In this document: positions 13,201 through 26,772 of the stretch, in pieces
Layout: each line of letters opens with the position of its first letter
Numbering within the stretch: position 1 is the first letter of the stretch
Assembly: GCA_001949185.1 (NCBI GenBank)
Contig: BDGG01000001.1
Coordinates: 2,869,324-2,933,323 of the forward strand
Reading direction: 5' to 3'
DNA from: Ramazzottius varieornatus
Taxonomy: Eukaryota; Animalia; Tardigrada
DNA length: 64,000 nt
Translations under genes and position numbers: made by a program
The notes under the pieces: generated by a model
What the model saw: only the letters and a program-made list of their open reading frames with translations
The model's database searches: none
Told to the model about the DNA's origin: nothing

Positions 13201-14130
13201 CAGGAAATGAGGGACTTACTCTGGGAGACAGTTGAAGAAGGTTTGGCAGTTATGTTCCAAGTCAGCCACGTAACCAGTTTTGCCGCGACATTTGGATAAG
13301 GTGGCGCTGCGTGGAATACCGGTTGGTCTGGGAACCCATACATCAGCTGTAGGTATCGTGGCAAAGGTACCAGGAAAGAAAGGGTTAAACGAGTTATCCT
13401 GCAGCGTTTGCTTATGTGGCTTGTCGGGAGAGGCGTTGTTTTGGTTCCCAATAGTCTCGGTTCTCGGCTGTATTGAGACTTGGGAAGTGAGGATAGTATC
13501 CATCGGAGTCAGACCAAAGGTTCCCATGGTGGGTGTAATGGCAGGGAAGCGACCAGCTCGTTCTTGGATGATTTGAGTGAGGTTCTTGGTGGTTCCTGAG
13601 CTTAGAACAGCATTCTTCAAGTGATGAGCTACCGCAGCCCGAATACTCGTTGTGTTCATCGGTAAAGCTGAACTGTTCAGTACCTAATGTGTGGAGATAT
13701 GCATAGCTATGAGGATTTTCTATGAGGGATTTTTCATGATGTTCGAAAACAGTACCTTGGTCATTTCGTATTGTAGCCTCGTTTCCGGCGATATGCTTAT
13801 GGCAAGACCTACTAACTTCTCTGCGACTGGCGTATCGGGAGTTGCACGAAGCTCCGAGAATGTCATATTGCTCGAAAGTGCTAATACTGTTTGCGGTATC
13901 CATCCTACACACGAACCCGATTGTCGAAATATATACGTTAGTTTTCTTTCTAATCTGAGGCAAGTAAATAAGGATTTTTGCTTAAAAATTAAGCGGTATT
14001 ATGATGTGGGAAAAAATGTTTACTTCCTCGTTGATTTTCTACGTCCAGGACTGAACGGAGGAAAGACAGGCAGAGTGATATTTCGAGACCTACCCAGAAA
14101 TATAATCCACAACATTTGTCTTTTACGCAT
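6561..14130 (-). CDS. Multi-exon secreted chitin-binding protein (about 10 peritrophin-A/CBM14 domains) with an ~750-aa Q/N-rich linker; 'gene B'
   Basis: Spliced N-terminus MRKRQMLWIIFLG|WIPQTVLALSS (signal-peptide-like, ATG 14130). Repeated FDC-x-GK-x-GFFAD...C..YY.C.......CP..L.FN.....CDWP..V.C units at ~13300-12915, 12740-12490, 11860-11615, 11440-11120, 11045-10810, 8262-8008, 7866-7640, 7535-7395, 7147-6923 and 6780-6620. GT-AG introns. Last exon ends with a stop at 6561. Confidence 0.85.
10111..10269 (-). repeat. CAG/CAA trinucleotide tract encoding 53 consecutive Gln
   Basis: 159 nt of mixed ctg/ttg triplets on + within ORF 8548-11031. A second 12-Q tract lies at 9694-9729. Confidence 0.95.
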
Positions 14131-15674
14131 GACGAAGCGCTAGAAGCGCCGTAAAGATAGCTGGAACATTGGTGGTTTTCCGGCGATGCGTCAGCAGCTG
14201 ATGCGGGTTATCATGCGAGGTGTTGGGGGATGCAGATCAAGCAAGCGTAGAATCCAAGTGTAGACAATAGGCAATGATAAATGAGCCGGTATCAGAGTGA
14301 TTTGGATGTTGGTGTCGATGAGGAGGCACTAAGGACTAAATGTGATGATGGAGGGACCGAGGATCTGCACTTGTCCACTTCGGACTTACGGACGGTATGG
14401 CAGCTAGTTGCGCGGATTTAGGTGATCAAGACTTAAATACTCATCAGCGAGCACCGATTGTCAGCCATCCCTCGCGCACAGGTAGACTACGCCCAGCATT
14501 AAGCAGTGACAATGTTTGATCAAGAATTGCCTGCGTGTTGGCAGGTAGCATCTTGAAGATTCCGAGGAGCCTCCTCAAGTACCCAGAGTGCAATGACAGC
14601 AACGTCTGAATATGGCCATTAATTAATTGGACTTTGGCTATCGTTGCAACGGCGTACAAGCATCAAGTGCCGGCTTTGTCGCGCATAGTTCCGGTATCAT
14701 AATAAGCAACAAGGTGTCGAGGTTGTATAAAGGGCGGTCAGTACGTGCTACAGGAAGATATGACCGGTCTGACGTTCTGTTACATCCGGCCCTGCCGGTA
14801 GTGGACAGTGTCACCGACGAACAAAAGGCACTCTTTGAGAAATGTGACGAATGTAAAGTTTCTTGGCTGGTGTTATGATTTTCGTTCGACTAACGGAAGT
14901 CGAGATGAGCCAAAGGTCGTTGGAAGTGAGGTTTCTACACAGAGGGCGCTGCTGCGGCTCGTTGTCAATCGATGCAGTTTGTACTTCCGGTCAGTCTGAA
15001 GCAAAGGCAAACGCAACCGTATTTTCGCAAACTGTGACCATCTGTTTATGAGAATGAACCATCTGTCGTGAGTATCGTGATGACTTTCATAATCAAGGTG
15101 TCCTACGATCGCGGTATTTAGATTATTGTAACCGCAACCGCAAGAGTTCCCGATTATATTGACAAGGTAGGCGGCAGAATTGATACTGAAACTAGTCCGT
15201 TCATTGCTTTCTGGTTTTGTATTGTTCGCCCATTGATACTTATGTTAAATTATTTTAAATCAACATAATTAGCATCGGTTTGAGGCGCACGCAGGTCAAT
15301 CGTCGCGTGTGCCCCCGCCAAGCAGGTTTTATCTGCTTCAGTACAATGTAATCAGGAGCATGCACTCTTGCTGTCGCTCGATCAGCTTGCCTTATTCCTT
15401 TATGCAGTTTTACGAAAAGATTAAGCATTGCAGATTTAATTTTTTCATTGGGACGAAACGTACAATATTGTGAGAAATCTACGTCGAATTAGAGTGTCAT
15501 CGAAGCGGTGATCAAAGCGTGAAATGCAATTATTCGAATAAAGCTTCTTTGGTTTGGAAAAACTAACAGCCTTGCAGCATGCAACGTGCGTGAAGCAAGA
15601 ATAATTTAGCCGAGAATATTTTGTTGAGACTTTCAAAACAATCACATTTTGTAGTCATAACACCAGGGCAAAGT

Positions 15675-18600
15675 CTACCTTGTGAACTTTCGTCTCATTG
15701 ACCTCGAGTTCGCTGTGGCTAAAGCGTGCAGAACACCGCCGAAAGGTTTGCTAGGATCTCTTCCCAGTCGCAGCTCCCTGAACTTCGAACGTGGCTTATC
15801 AGGTGCCCTTACTAACGAGTTATTGGTCACTCCTGTTATTGACGGTCTCGTCTTGGCGAACAACCTTACAGACTCCGCTGCTGCCATCTGCATCAGGGCC
15901 GCGTGCTCCTGTTGTGAAGCAGCTCGTAATTGCTCTTGAGCTGACAAGGTAGTCGTTGGTGGTGTGATGTCGTTAGCCATGTCGGTCATGTTCAGGATGG
16001 CCGAGCCGTTCTCGTCGTCAGAGTAAAAGGTAGGAAGTCGTCCGAAGGCTACGGATGCGTCGGCGTACAGTGCTTCGTCGTACCCCCGGACTAGCGGCAT
16101 GTATTCCCCAACTTTGGTCCGGTGGACAGTTATGTCCAGATTCATGTTTTGGTTTGGGGTATCAGTAGCAATGTTGCTGCCATGATCTTGCTGGTAATCA
16201 GCATTGTAGGACGGACCGTAAGCTTCACCGCTTTGAATGATCTGAGAGGTTGTTACGGGTATGCGGATGTTGATGGTGCCTCCGTTTGCGGCAACGCAGT
16301 TGCAACTCCTGAAAATCAAACAGCTGCATGTGGCGCTCGACAAGTGGTTGTTTTTAAAGTGCTAATCTCCTGAAAGTGTTTGAATCTTCTCCTAGGAATA
16401 CTTGCAAACTAAATTGATTGGTATTGGTATTTCGTCAGGTGTTTTTGTACCTGGGATCGTCACAGGCGTTGATTTTGCTGTTGAACTGCAGGCCAGGTGG
16501 ACATCGGAACTGGGTACCTTGACCGTTCTGTTCACAGCTATAGAAGGTTGTACAGCTTTGCGTGACGTCGGGAAGGAAAGTGTTGGGACGATCAGCGCCA
16601 TTCAGACAGACAGGAACACTCTGAAATGAGGGAAAATTGGTCCAACGAAACTGTCAAAGATAGAATTGAACAGGGTTATTCGACACTGTACTTACGGGTT
16701 GAACGATTCCAGGTGAATCGAAGAAACAGTTCGTATTTTGCGGATTATCACAAGCTGGAAATGATATAGAGAAGATCAGCATGGTCTCTGCGCAAGGATG
16801 ACACGAAAAAAATCGCAGAGCCATCCTTGAACTTCATTCGACTTGTGAGCTTCAAGTACACAGAAGGTCCGATCTTCAAGATCAATATCTCGCCCAAAAA
16901 TGGACCTTCAGGAAATAGCGATGAACTTAATGCGCAATCACCTTTCTGAAAATACGCGGAAATCGTACCGGAAATTTGTTCATTGAAGACTTGATTGTCC
17001 GGACAGGTTCTTGTTTCTCCCACTCCATCATTGCGGCAAATCGTGTAGCTTCTGCACTGACTTGTCCTATCGGCGAAGATGCCTGTTCGGCCCAGGCAGA
17101 TGACCAGCGTGGTAGGTGGCGCTGTAGTACCATAAGGCACCGACGAAGTTCCATGGTTCGTGATAGTTATGCCAATCGTTATTCCAGACTGCCGTCCTCC
17201 TGCACCAGCTGGTGGTTGCTGTTGACTGGGTTGGACATCCGTGTTTCCATAAACTTGAGGTCTCACTTGAGGGTTTCGTTGATTCAAGAAGGATGGATGC
17301 TCGTTCTGGTGATCGTACTGATTGGTGTAGTGGACATTGTTTTGCGGCACGTATCCAGGTCTAGGCTGAAGCTGGAAATACGTTTGACCATTGTCGCTGG
17401 TGCTTCCTCCACCCGAACTTCCGGTTCCGTAACTGTCAGGAATCTCCTGCGGGAAATTTGCGTATCCAGGACCGCTTTGAACAGCGTAGTTGGGCCCTTG
17501 AGGATTACCCTGGTTCAGGAACGTAGCGTGTTCGTTCTGGTTGTTGAAGTTATCCTGTGTGTTGACGCCCGGCATCTGCCCATAGAAAGTATTCTGAACA
17601 GCGTAGTTGGGTCTATCTGAGTTAGGATTGTTGTTATTATTGCTCGAAGGGGTATGAGTGGCACTTGGTGCTTGACCATAGAACGTGGACTGCACTGCGT
17701 AGTTGGGTACTTCGTTGTTGTGCAGACCAGGACCACCTGAGCCTTCTTGACCATAGAAACTGGTTTGCACAGCAAATTTTGGCTGACCACCTTCGGGACT
17801 GTGTGTGTTACTGTTCCCTCCTTGGCCATAAAAGCCATTTTGCACGGCAAAGTTGGGTGGATTCAGGGTGTTGGGTTGATAGTAGTGCGTAGTTTCGATT
17901 CCGCCTGGGGTGGACGCGGGTCGGGGGTATATGGAAGTCGTGGTTACTGAGGTAGGGATCTGCGGGTTCCTTCCTTCGTAGCTTGAGAGTGTCTGACCAC
18001 CTTGGCCTAACTGGAACGGGAAGACACATTGACCGAGAGCTTGGTCGAAAACTGTGGTTTGCGGACACTGCATGGGCACGAAGGTGCCATCTGGTGTGCA
18101 TCGGGCGTAGATGGTGTTGTCGACTGGATTGGCGTAGAAGCCGGCTGGACGCAACCGGCAGTCTAGCGCTTCTCCGATCCATTGTCTAGAAGGTCCTTGG
18201 CCATTTCCCTATCAAGAACAAAATTTGTCTATCCATGAAGGCCTTCGCTATTCAGAAACCTACGTTCGTTGTCCCTTCCACGAATCCTCCATCGTTCATG
18301 TAGTCGGGCCAGTCGCAGACGGAAGTTCCTTCAAGAAGTATAGAGGTTGATCAGTTATGAGGCTACCTATGGACTGGCCGATCTTGTTGGAGCTTAAGGA
18401 GCTTACTTTCATTGAAAACCAGGTTGGCTGCAGATAAAAGAAAAGCTCGGTTACTACTGTAGTTACTTGGGCTGAGGGGAACGTACGTCGAGAGAAATCT
18501 TACCTGGACAGACATACTGGTATTTTATGCCGTCAGCATGGCAGAGATAGAAGACTCTTCCACCACGTGACTGATCTGCGTAAAATCCATCCTTCCCTCG

Positions 18601-21600
18601 GCAGTCAAACACTGGCGGATTTTGTGTGTTTGGTAGGAAGCCCTTAATTGAAATTCAGGATTGGATTTTGAAAATGTTTGCGCGAATGAGATCTGCTGCT
18701 ACAGATTGAATCGTGGTTTGCTTACCGGGTCAGGTTGGCTTCCACACTGCACGTTTTGCGGCCAGTCGCACACAGCCAGGGACTGCAACGTGATCGATCA
18801 AGGCTCTTGCGACCAAGGGTTTTTGTGTGAAAATTTCCTTACGTTGTTGAAGAGCAGAGTCGATGGGCAATCGAACTTCCGTGCTATCCCTTCCGGGCTA
18901 CAGTACACAAACTGTGCGCAGCCAACTTCCTGGAGAGCGTAGTACCCGATCTTTCCACTACAATCGTAGGTGTTGTCCTGTAACGTCAAACCAATTGTAG
19001 CGCGGTGCTGAACAAGGCATAAGAATAATGCGATAGATGTGAATAACCGCTTTTTCGTGCGTCACATGACAATCTCGACTTACAATGCCTAAGCCGGGAT
19101 TAGCGTTTACATCCCCTGTCGTATCGCCAAGGTCTGTGTTCTGATTATAGCCGTCACCAGGGCTGACAGGAACGTAACCGGGGCTTGGACTGTGGCTGTT
19201 TTCGTCACCGGGACCTTCGACAGGAAACGTCGATGGGTATGTTTGAGGTCCTTGGGGGATGTTGTTGGGTCCTTGAGAAAATGTTATGTTGAGGTTGGGC
19301 TGTTGAGCAGGGTTCTGTGGTATGAAGTGGGTGCCTCCCCCACCGCCGCCATAGCTGCTTGGTGGATACTGTCCAGATGGTGTATCCGCTGGTCGACTGG
19401 TAACCGGGACCAGTGGAGGCTGAAATTAAGATCGAAATTAACGCGCAAACAGAAGATTTTCTTGAATAGCGTGGGAAACGAGAACGAAGCTTACGTGGAT
19501 GGATTTTATTTGGTGCGAAATATCTCTTCGGTTGGGAGTATGTGCTTGCGGAAATTTGAATTCAAAATCTGAATTAATATGCTTGAGGTGTTTACCTGGT
19601 AGATTACTTGCGGTTGGCCGCCTCGACATTGCACTTGCTGTGCAAGACCGCAGTCAACGGTAATGGGATTCCAGCGAAGACCTTGCTGACAGGTGTGCAA
19701 GTACGTCACGCGGTTATTGCAAAAGTACGCGGTAGTGCAGTCGGGATCGTTGCCCGCGTACCACCCGTTACGGCCACTGCAGTCAAAGACCTGTTTCCGA
19801 CACACATAAAAATGAGATTAGTGGATGATGCTGATCAGATTCATCGTGTGACATTGTCTCATCTTTCGAATCAAAACCCCATCCATTGATATGACAGGAT
19901 AGCATAACCTACGCTGGAGTCGACTACAGTGCCGTAACAGCGGCTGAGGTCGTTGTCGCAGCTACTGCTCACTTCGTTGAAGGCTTGTCCACTTGGACAG
20001 TGCAGCGTCTGCCCGGAATATCCGCCACCTTGACAGTAATAATAGGTGGAACAGTCGTTGAGGTTGGCGTAAAATCCAGCTGGTCGATTTCGACAGAACG
20101 GTATATTCTAAGGAAGCAAAAATTATTTTGCGGGCTGATTTACAGACATCACAAGAAACATTTCGAAGAACTGTAAATCACACTCACTCCGTTATTATTG
20201 TTGGATAATGTGTTCGAAGGTGGTAATTGAGGGTTGGCGTTATTCGGTGGATAGGTTCCTATGCTTTGTCCACTTCCGCATCGGACTTTCTGAGCGATGT
20301 CACAGCATCCGATGAGCTCGTTGAAGATGAGCCCGTCTAGAAGAGAATCGTTGTGTAGCGGTACTCTGGTACTCCGGCTTCGAGTGGTAATTTCCAGGAG
20401 CTAGGACAGTTTCCTACCTGGACAAGTGAGCTGACGGGAGCGTCCCGATTCTTCACAAAAGTAGAAGACCCGGCAGTTCGACGCGTAGTCGGCGAAGAAA
20501 CCGCGCTTACCCGCACACTGCAAAGATACTCTGTTTAGTTTATGAGGCTAGCATGACCCAACTATCAGCTCCTTTCAGGCTTCATCCATCTTTCGATGGC
20601 TTCGCGGTTTGTACCAGGTAAAGCTAACCTCAATCGCAGGTCGCGGAGTTCCAACGCCGCCGTCCAGAAGACCCGCGCAGTTGACGTCGTGTGGCATCTT
20701 ACAGCATTGCGACGTTTCGTCAAACTGGAAGCTTCCTGGGCAAGTACTCGTAGTGACTGTTCCATCAGCGAAGCAATTGTAGAAGACTTCGCAGTTTCTT
20801 GTTGTGTCGGCCACATAGCCTATCCTTCCTTTGCATATTTCTCTGGACATGAGGGTGTTGCCGCCGGCTCCACTACTACTTGATTGATAGGAGGCGGCAC
20901 TTCCGTAGGCGGCGCTGTTCGGATACGAATTTCCCGAATTCCCATAGGCTGCACTTTGTGTCTGTAAAGAACGGTTACGTAACTGCAAGTTCTTCATGGA
21001 CTCTAATCGGATGTTTTCTTGTGTCTATTTGAGTGCTGAATTGCGCTTTGAGTTTGTCAGGGAAGGCAACTAATCGCGTGAGAGGCGCCGGGAAAATTGC
21101 CTGGATGGCGTTTAGGCTTTCTAAGGTCTGCACATGCTTTATAGACTTCGGAAAACAAACCTACCAACATTGGGAGGCTTTCACTCAGCTGTGGAACAAT
21201 TTCGACCTGTGGAAGCTTTCATACAGCTATGAAAAACCGTGGGGTTTGATTCACAGCTGACATGGCTGGTCTTCCCGATTGTGAGGGTGCCAGCAGGATA
21301 GAGCGGCGCAAGCCACAAGGCGCATAACAGCGACCGTGGTGCTTACTCGTCCGTGAGCCTCACGGCATATGACAATGTACTGCTTAGAGCTGCACAATTG
21401 GTGTTGATAGTAAAATACGCCGAGGATTATCCACAATGCGCATTAGAAAAACGACTCATCCGTACCCGGAAGTCGACTCATACACCCCAGATATCTCCAG
21501 GGTAGGACGACCAGACGGAAGTCAGACAGAGTTCTCGAATTAAGGGTTCTCTAGCTGTTAGACAGGTGGATAAAAGGAGGCCCACCTGTTGCCCGTACAG

Positions 21601-21856
21601 CTGGCGGTTCTTGTAAAAGTTCGCTTCCTCCTCATCCTCGACGTCCGATGCAATTGCGGAAAGACCACGCAGAAGTAACAAAAAGCCTGTCGAGGAAAAA
21701 CAATCAGTCAGAACTGAAAGTAGGGGAAAGCCAGCAGACATCGAGAAGATTAGGGCGAAAGTTGCTTAGGACGTTTCGAAAAATCGCGGGATGTTAGGCG
21801 AGGGAATAGGAGGAAATCGGCTTACCCTGGAGCGAAAGTTCGAAGAGCGGTGACAT
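15675..21856 (-). CDS. Multi-exon secreted chitin-binding protein (about 9 CBM14 domains) with G/N/Q/Y-rich repeat linker; 'gene A'
   Basis: Spliced N-terminus MSPLFELSLQG|FLLLLRGLSAIASDVEDEEE (ATG 21856). CBM14 units at ~20840-20680, 20525-20280, 20110-19930, 19790-19630, 18965-18745, 18610-18310, 18165-18025, 17100-16710 and 16610-16300. Final exon is the 15675-16310 part of ORF 15675-16343. Confidence 0.82.
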
Positions 21857-23989
21857 CTTCCGGAAAAGTGAGAAAAGTTCTCACTGTGTTCTGACCCAGA
21901 TGTCAGACGTGAAACGAGATCCGTTGCTCCCACGGGTACATCGAAACGATATCCAAGTCAAATTAGGGGTTGCGGTGTTGTTGAGGAGAGTTTAACGCGA
22001 TTACAAACCACTTCCTCCGCCTGAGTGCCTAGTTCTCACACTCTGATATGCATGAAGCTGATAAGTCGAGACCCCACTTAATTTTGATGGGTCGGTTGAT
22101 CCACGTACGAAGGCATGACATAAATCCACAGACCGAGGCTAGGACGTTTGGGTAAATCAGATTTCCGGGCGAAAAACTTTCCACGAGACAGAAGAAAGAA
22201 AGACGAAGAGGTACGAGAACTTGGCGGAAGTGGCGGTAGAGACTTAAAGCGGCTAAATGATCTCTATGGTCATACATGCGTGATGCATCTCAACAAGAGC
22301 CGGCATTGTGTAGACTGATCTGTAGAACCAGAGGGTGAAACTTACGCTTTAGGAACGCCCTCTGTGATATTGGTGTTGACTCAGTAACATCGCTTACATC
22401 AGCAAAACTCTTCTAGCGGCGGAGAACAATAACTTGGATTCTGTATTCTTCGCCATTATGTTTCTCTTCAACCGGCGAAACTGATTTCTTAGTTTTCTAG
22501 ATCTAACGTAACAGACTGCGAAATATCGTGGATCGGTTTTCGTTTGATATCGGATATCTACCTGTTTTATTTGCATAGAATCAGAAAGGGTTGCTGTATG
22601 ACATCAGGGGGCAAATGCTTATTTGGTGATGTTTGCGGTTCCGGATGGATGCGGCAAGCGTCTTGTGATCTACCGGCATCTTGCATAGAGCTTCGAGAGG
22701 TTAGTTGCGGCATTTGGTTGCGGTGTTCCTGAAAAGAAAACTCTACCGGCACGGTGTACCAACAAGCGGTGATGGATGAGGATCATAGTGCAAGACTGCG
22801 CGTGTTCTTTTGTTTGACTTGGATGATGCAATCCTTAACCGGTGTGTTTTTCTTGTTCTTCAGTCATGAACCTCACAAACTGCTGACAGACCTTTTTCAC
22901 TGACCGTACAGCATCACTTTGTCTTGGAACCGTGTATCGCTTTCTGTCTCTGCATGATGCGCCATGAGAAGGTGTCTTGCAGTATTGCTTCGACGTGCTC
23001 AGATTTTTCTGGGCCACATTGTTTTCGGTTGTCACAACCGAATGTGACTGATGGAATTACTTTGCACGTATATTGACTTTCGGGTTGGAAGTGATTTCTA
23101 ACTTAGTGAAATCTGGCGTTGTGCGGTATGACTATGGCGCTCGAATGTTGTCGAAACTTGATCCTGACTAACAAGTCAGTGGCTTGTTTGAGACGATTAT
23201 GAACACGATAAACGTAATTCAAATAATAATGATCATAGATTTTGACTTTCGCGTGCGAACTGACCGGTCCACTCCACCGCCTTGTCAGACGGCTTCAGCA
23301 AGATTTTGCGCTACGAGTACTACGTCATGCTACCACCTCCGATAGTTCGTGTACCATACGACGAACTATCGTTTATTAATTCATAATTTCCGCAGAATCT
23401 AACAAGCTGTAGTTTCGAAACTCAAATCTCGAAACATTCGAGCCCTTTGATATCAACGTCGGCGTTCCGCGCGGCGCTCTTTTGTTTGTCCTTTCTCCGT
23501 TTACAGGGTATTGGCCAAGACAAACCTTAGGACGTGTGTTCCATCGTAGGTGCGTGTTTACGTCTCAGAGAATGTACTCCTTTGTTTGGGGTTTATTTTC
23601 CAATAAGGCTTCCTAACTTCTGTCGAGGATTTCCTAGCGGTAGGCAGAGATTGATAGTGCCAAGAATCACATCTCTGCAGAGAGCTTTTCGACTATTTAG
23701 CACTTCCTTGCAAGATTTATATGCGAATATTGCGAGCTTGACATTGACAGTGACGGAAACTCCCCATTGGTTGCCACCTTGCTTGTGTGGGTTGTAGCCG
23801 GCTATCGAGGTACCATGCAGAGTACCCACATCAGCTGGACGAACAATCAAATGTCATTTTGTCGTAGTTTATCGCTGTGAAGCATTCTTGCAAATGATTC
23901 TAATCGCAGCAAGACCTGAAAGTCAGATTAACGAATAAGAAAGGCTCATTAGGCTTTTCTTGGGGCGTTTGACGCCTTTGAAGCCTTTG

Positions 23990-26772
23990 CTAGATTCCCA
24001 TTGCCATGGTGGGTACGAGGGTACTTCGACAACGATTTTGATTCTTCTGTACAAACAGCTGCGTTTGTTCTTCCTCGGCTTGTGATATCTTTGAGCTCTT
24101 GCGAGATGCTACTGGTGTCGGTCTGAAGCTTACTGACAGGTGTCTTTCCGCATTTTCGGACAGTACGGGTGGTGAGATACCACTGAAACGTCGAGTATAT
24201 GCGGCGCTCTTCGCAAACTTCTCAAGGGCTTCCTGGTCCTCCACTCTAAGCCTGTGAATTCCCCACGGAAATGGTCGAACTCCGTCTGCTGGTAGGGTAT
24301 TCTGTGTGGGTCGGCTCTTCTAAAAGAAGCGAAAATGTTTGAAGAAAAACAACGCTGAGGACCTGTTGTCAGAAAAAACGCTTACCGGTGTTCTCCACGC
24401 CATCCAGAACTATCGTGGGCACTTCCCCTTCCGGTCGTTGAGGGTTGGCTAATTTTCGTAGCCAGATCCAGTGAAGAAAAGCGTAAATTACCCCAACCGC
24501 CACCGAAGCAATTCCGAAGATGTTGTATGTCATTCTGGGCTTGAATTTCTCGAACATGATTCCTCCTATCAAACTTCCGACTCCACGACCTGAAAAACAC
24601 TTGATCTATTACCCAGAATTTCTGATCAGGGGAAGATATCTTTCTTACCGAAAGCTTGATGTACGGCGCCGATGATGCCTTGCAAGGTGGCCAAATAATC
24701 AGGAGCTATCTTCCCGCAGTAAACCGACGCAACCATCCACAAGAGGGATGTCGTGAAGGCTTCCAGAATTTCGGCCGGAAGTACCATGAAGTAATTCCAG
24801 ATGACGGCGTAGGAAAAGAAACTGGATCCGTAGATGATCAGGCAAAGAGCTAGAAGTTTTGTGTGCCCGCACCGTTTGATGAGGAACGTAGAGCACGCCA
24901 CCACGGGAATAGCTGAGACAGCTGCGACCGTGTTTGTGAGTCCCATAACCTTAGCGAAAGAAAAGTTTGTGAGTGAGATTACATTGACTGACGGTCATTC
25001 GGCGTGCCCATTACCCATTTGGGCGAACCGAGGCCTTCCATGAACCAAAACAGATAACTGAAAAAGAGGGAAAATCAGAAGTAAAATATGGATGAGATCT
25101 AAACAAGTAACTCGACAAGGTCATTTATCAGAGTGGCCCACACATTCAGCCAAACACACCGAAAACCTGCGCCACTTTGAAAATCGACGGTGTCGAACTT
25201 GTTTGGCAAGCTCCTGGATGCTGTTTGCTTACTTTTCGTTGAAGCCCCAAGCGCAGCCAGATAAAAACACGACCAGAACAAAAATGGAAATTTTTGCGTT
25301 GCCTAAAATCTTCCCAACATTCTGCCATATTTGTTCTGCGGAATCCCGAACGCCCATGTTCATCAAGCAACAGATAACAACGCCTATCGCGTTGAAAATG
25401 GTCAACAAGTACAAGGCGGGAGAGTAGTCTGGAACCCCACCATTGCCTTCGGTGGCTTTTCCGATCAGTAAACCGGATATTGGTGCGATAGCAGACATGC
25501 CTAACAGTGAGAAGATTCGCTGGTAACCCAGGTCCCCATTGAATTGGTCGGACATGTGGTAAGCTATCGCGTCAAGAAGAGGCATCACGGTTGAAACCAT
25601 GATGCCGGATAGGAAACGAAAGGTATCGAGGTGGGCATTCGACTTTCCACAGGGACAAGTTTCGTGCATGTCGAAGTGAAGTTGGTCTCAACATCACAGA
25701 CCACGTTACACGATCGTGAGGACTTCATAAAACATCCGATGTCATTCAAACGACCTCCTTCTTCTGTCGTGAAGCTCTGAACAACCCAGGAAGTGTTTAC
25801 CAACCTCATATCCACATGTCTTAGATAACGTTGTGGCATGGCTGATGAATAGTGCGAACAGTCATTCCGACCCATACAGATACTGGCATCGGGAAGATCG
25901 ACATCGGTCGCGTTGCATGAGATGCGGCAGTCAAGGAAATGGAGTTCTTGTGGAGATCCCGTCGGCCAGGTGGCGCTGTTGTTCTTGTCGTGGGTACAGT
26001 TTGCTTGGACGAACGACTGGTCGATGAAATAGGCGTCGAGGTTGCGGTGGCGTCGAGGTTGCTCCCGTCGCTGCAACCGAAGATAGCCTCCATTTCTGTG
26101 GTTGTGTGGTTTGTTCGAACTGTGACAGGCTGTATGGAAGGGACCACGAGGAACATTAGAAGGTGGAAGACTATGCTGGCCGTATTGAAACCAACCATGG
26201 TGGCTTTGTAGTTTCCCAGCTTATCCGCCAAAGCTGTGAAAAAGGGCGCATGAAACCACTCTTCGTAATGCTGTGCATGGTTCTTAAAATTAATATGGCT
26301 CGCTACTTACCACCACCCAAAGGTGGTCCAAGACAACTGGCGAAGGGCAGGATCACGTAGATAACAGCGGACTCTGTGAGGGATAGTCCAATAGCCTTCA
26401 TGTGGACCGTCAAGTACGGGTACAAGGCCGCCATCGCTGTAAGAACAAGGTGCTGTCGACATGCCTGGTTCGGAACTTGTAGATGGAGAACAAGGATGGC
26501 AGAACGGACTTATCACCGTAGAGTAAAAACATGAGGACTTTGAGCGGTAAGAGGGGAACGTTGACTCGGAATGTGGACTTGACTTTAGCGCTGAACGTTG
26601 GGGCAGCATCGTTGGGGGATCTTCGGGATGCTACTGGGTCCACATATAGTTTTGCCTCGGAAGCGGTACTTGAGTTCGGCGCACTTATGCGGGTAACGTT
26701 ATCGTCGAACGTTAGATCCTTCTTCGGGTTCGGGAGCCCCATTTTTTCATGAGGAACTTCTAAAGACAACAT
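23990..26772 (-). CDS. MFSD6: Major facilitator superfamily transporter, MFSD6-like (multi-exon)
   Basis: Motifs LLPLKVLMFLLYG, ADKLGNYK, PLLDAIAY..DLGYQRIFSLLG, YLFWFMEGLG, AEILEAFTTSLLW, LATLQGIIGAVHQAFG. Large Cys-rich luminal loop. Consistent GT-AG junctions. Confidence 0.82.
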
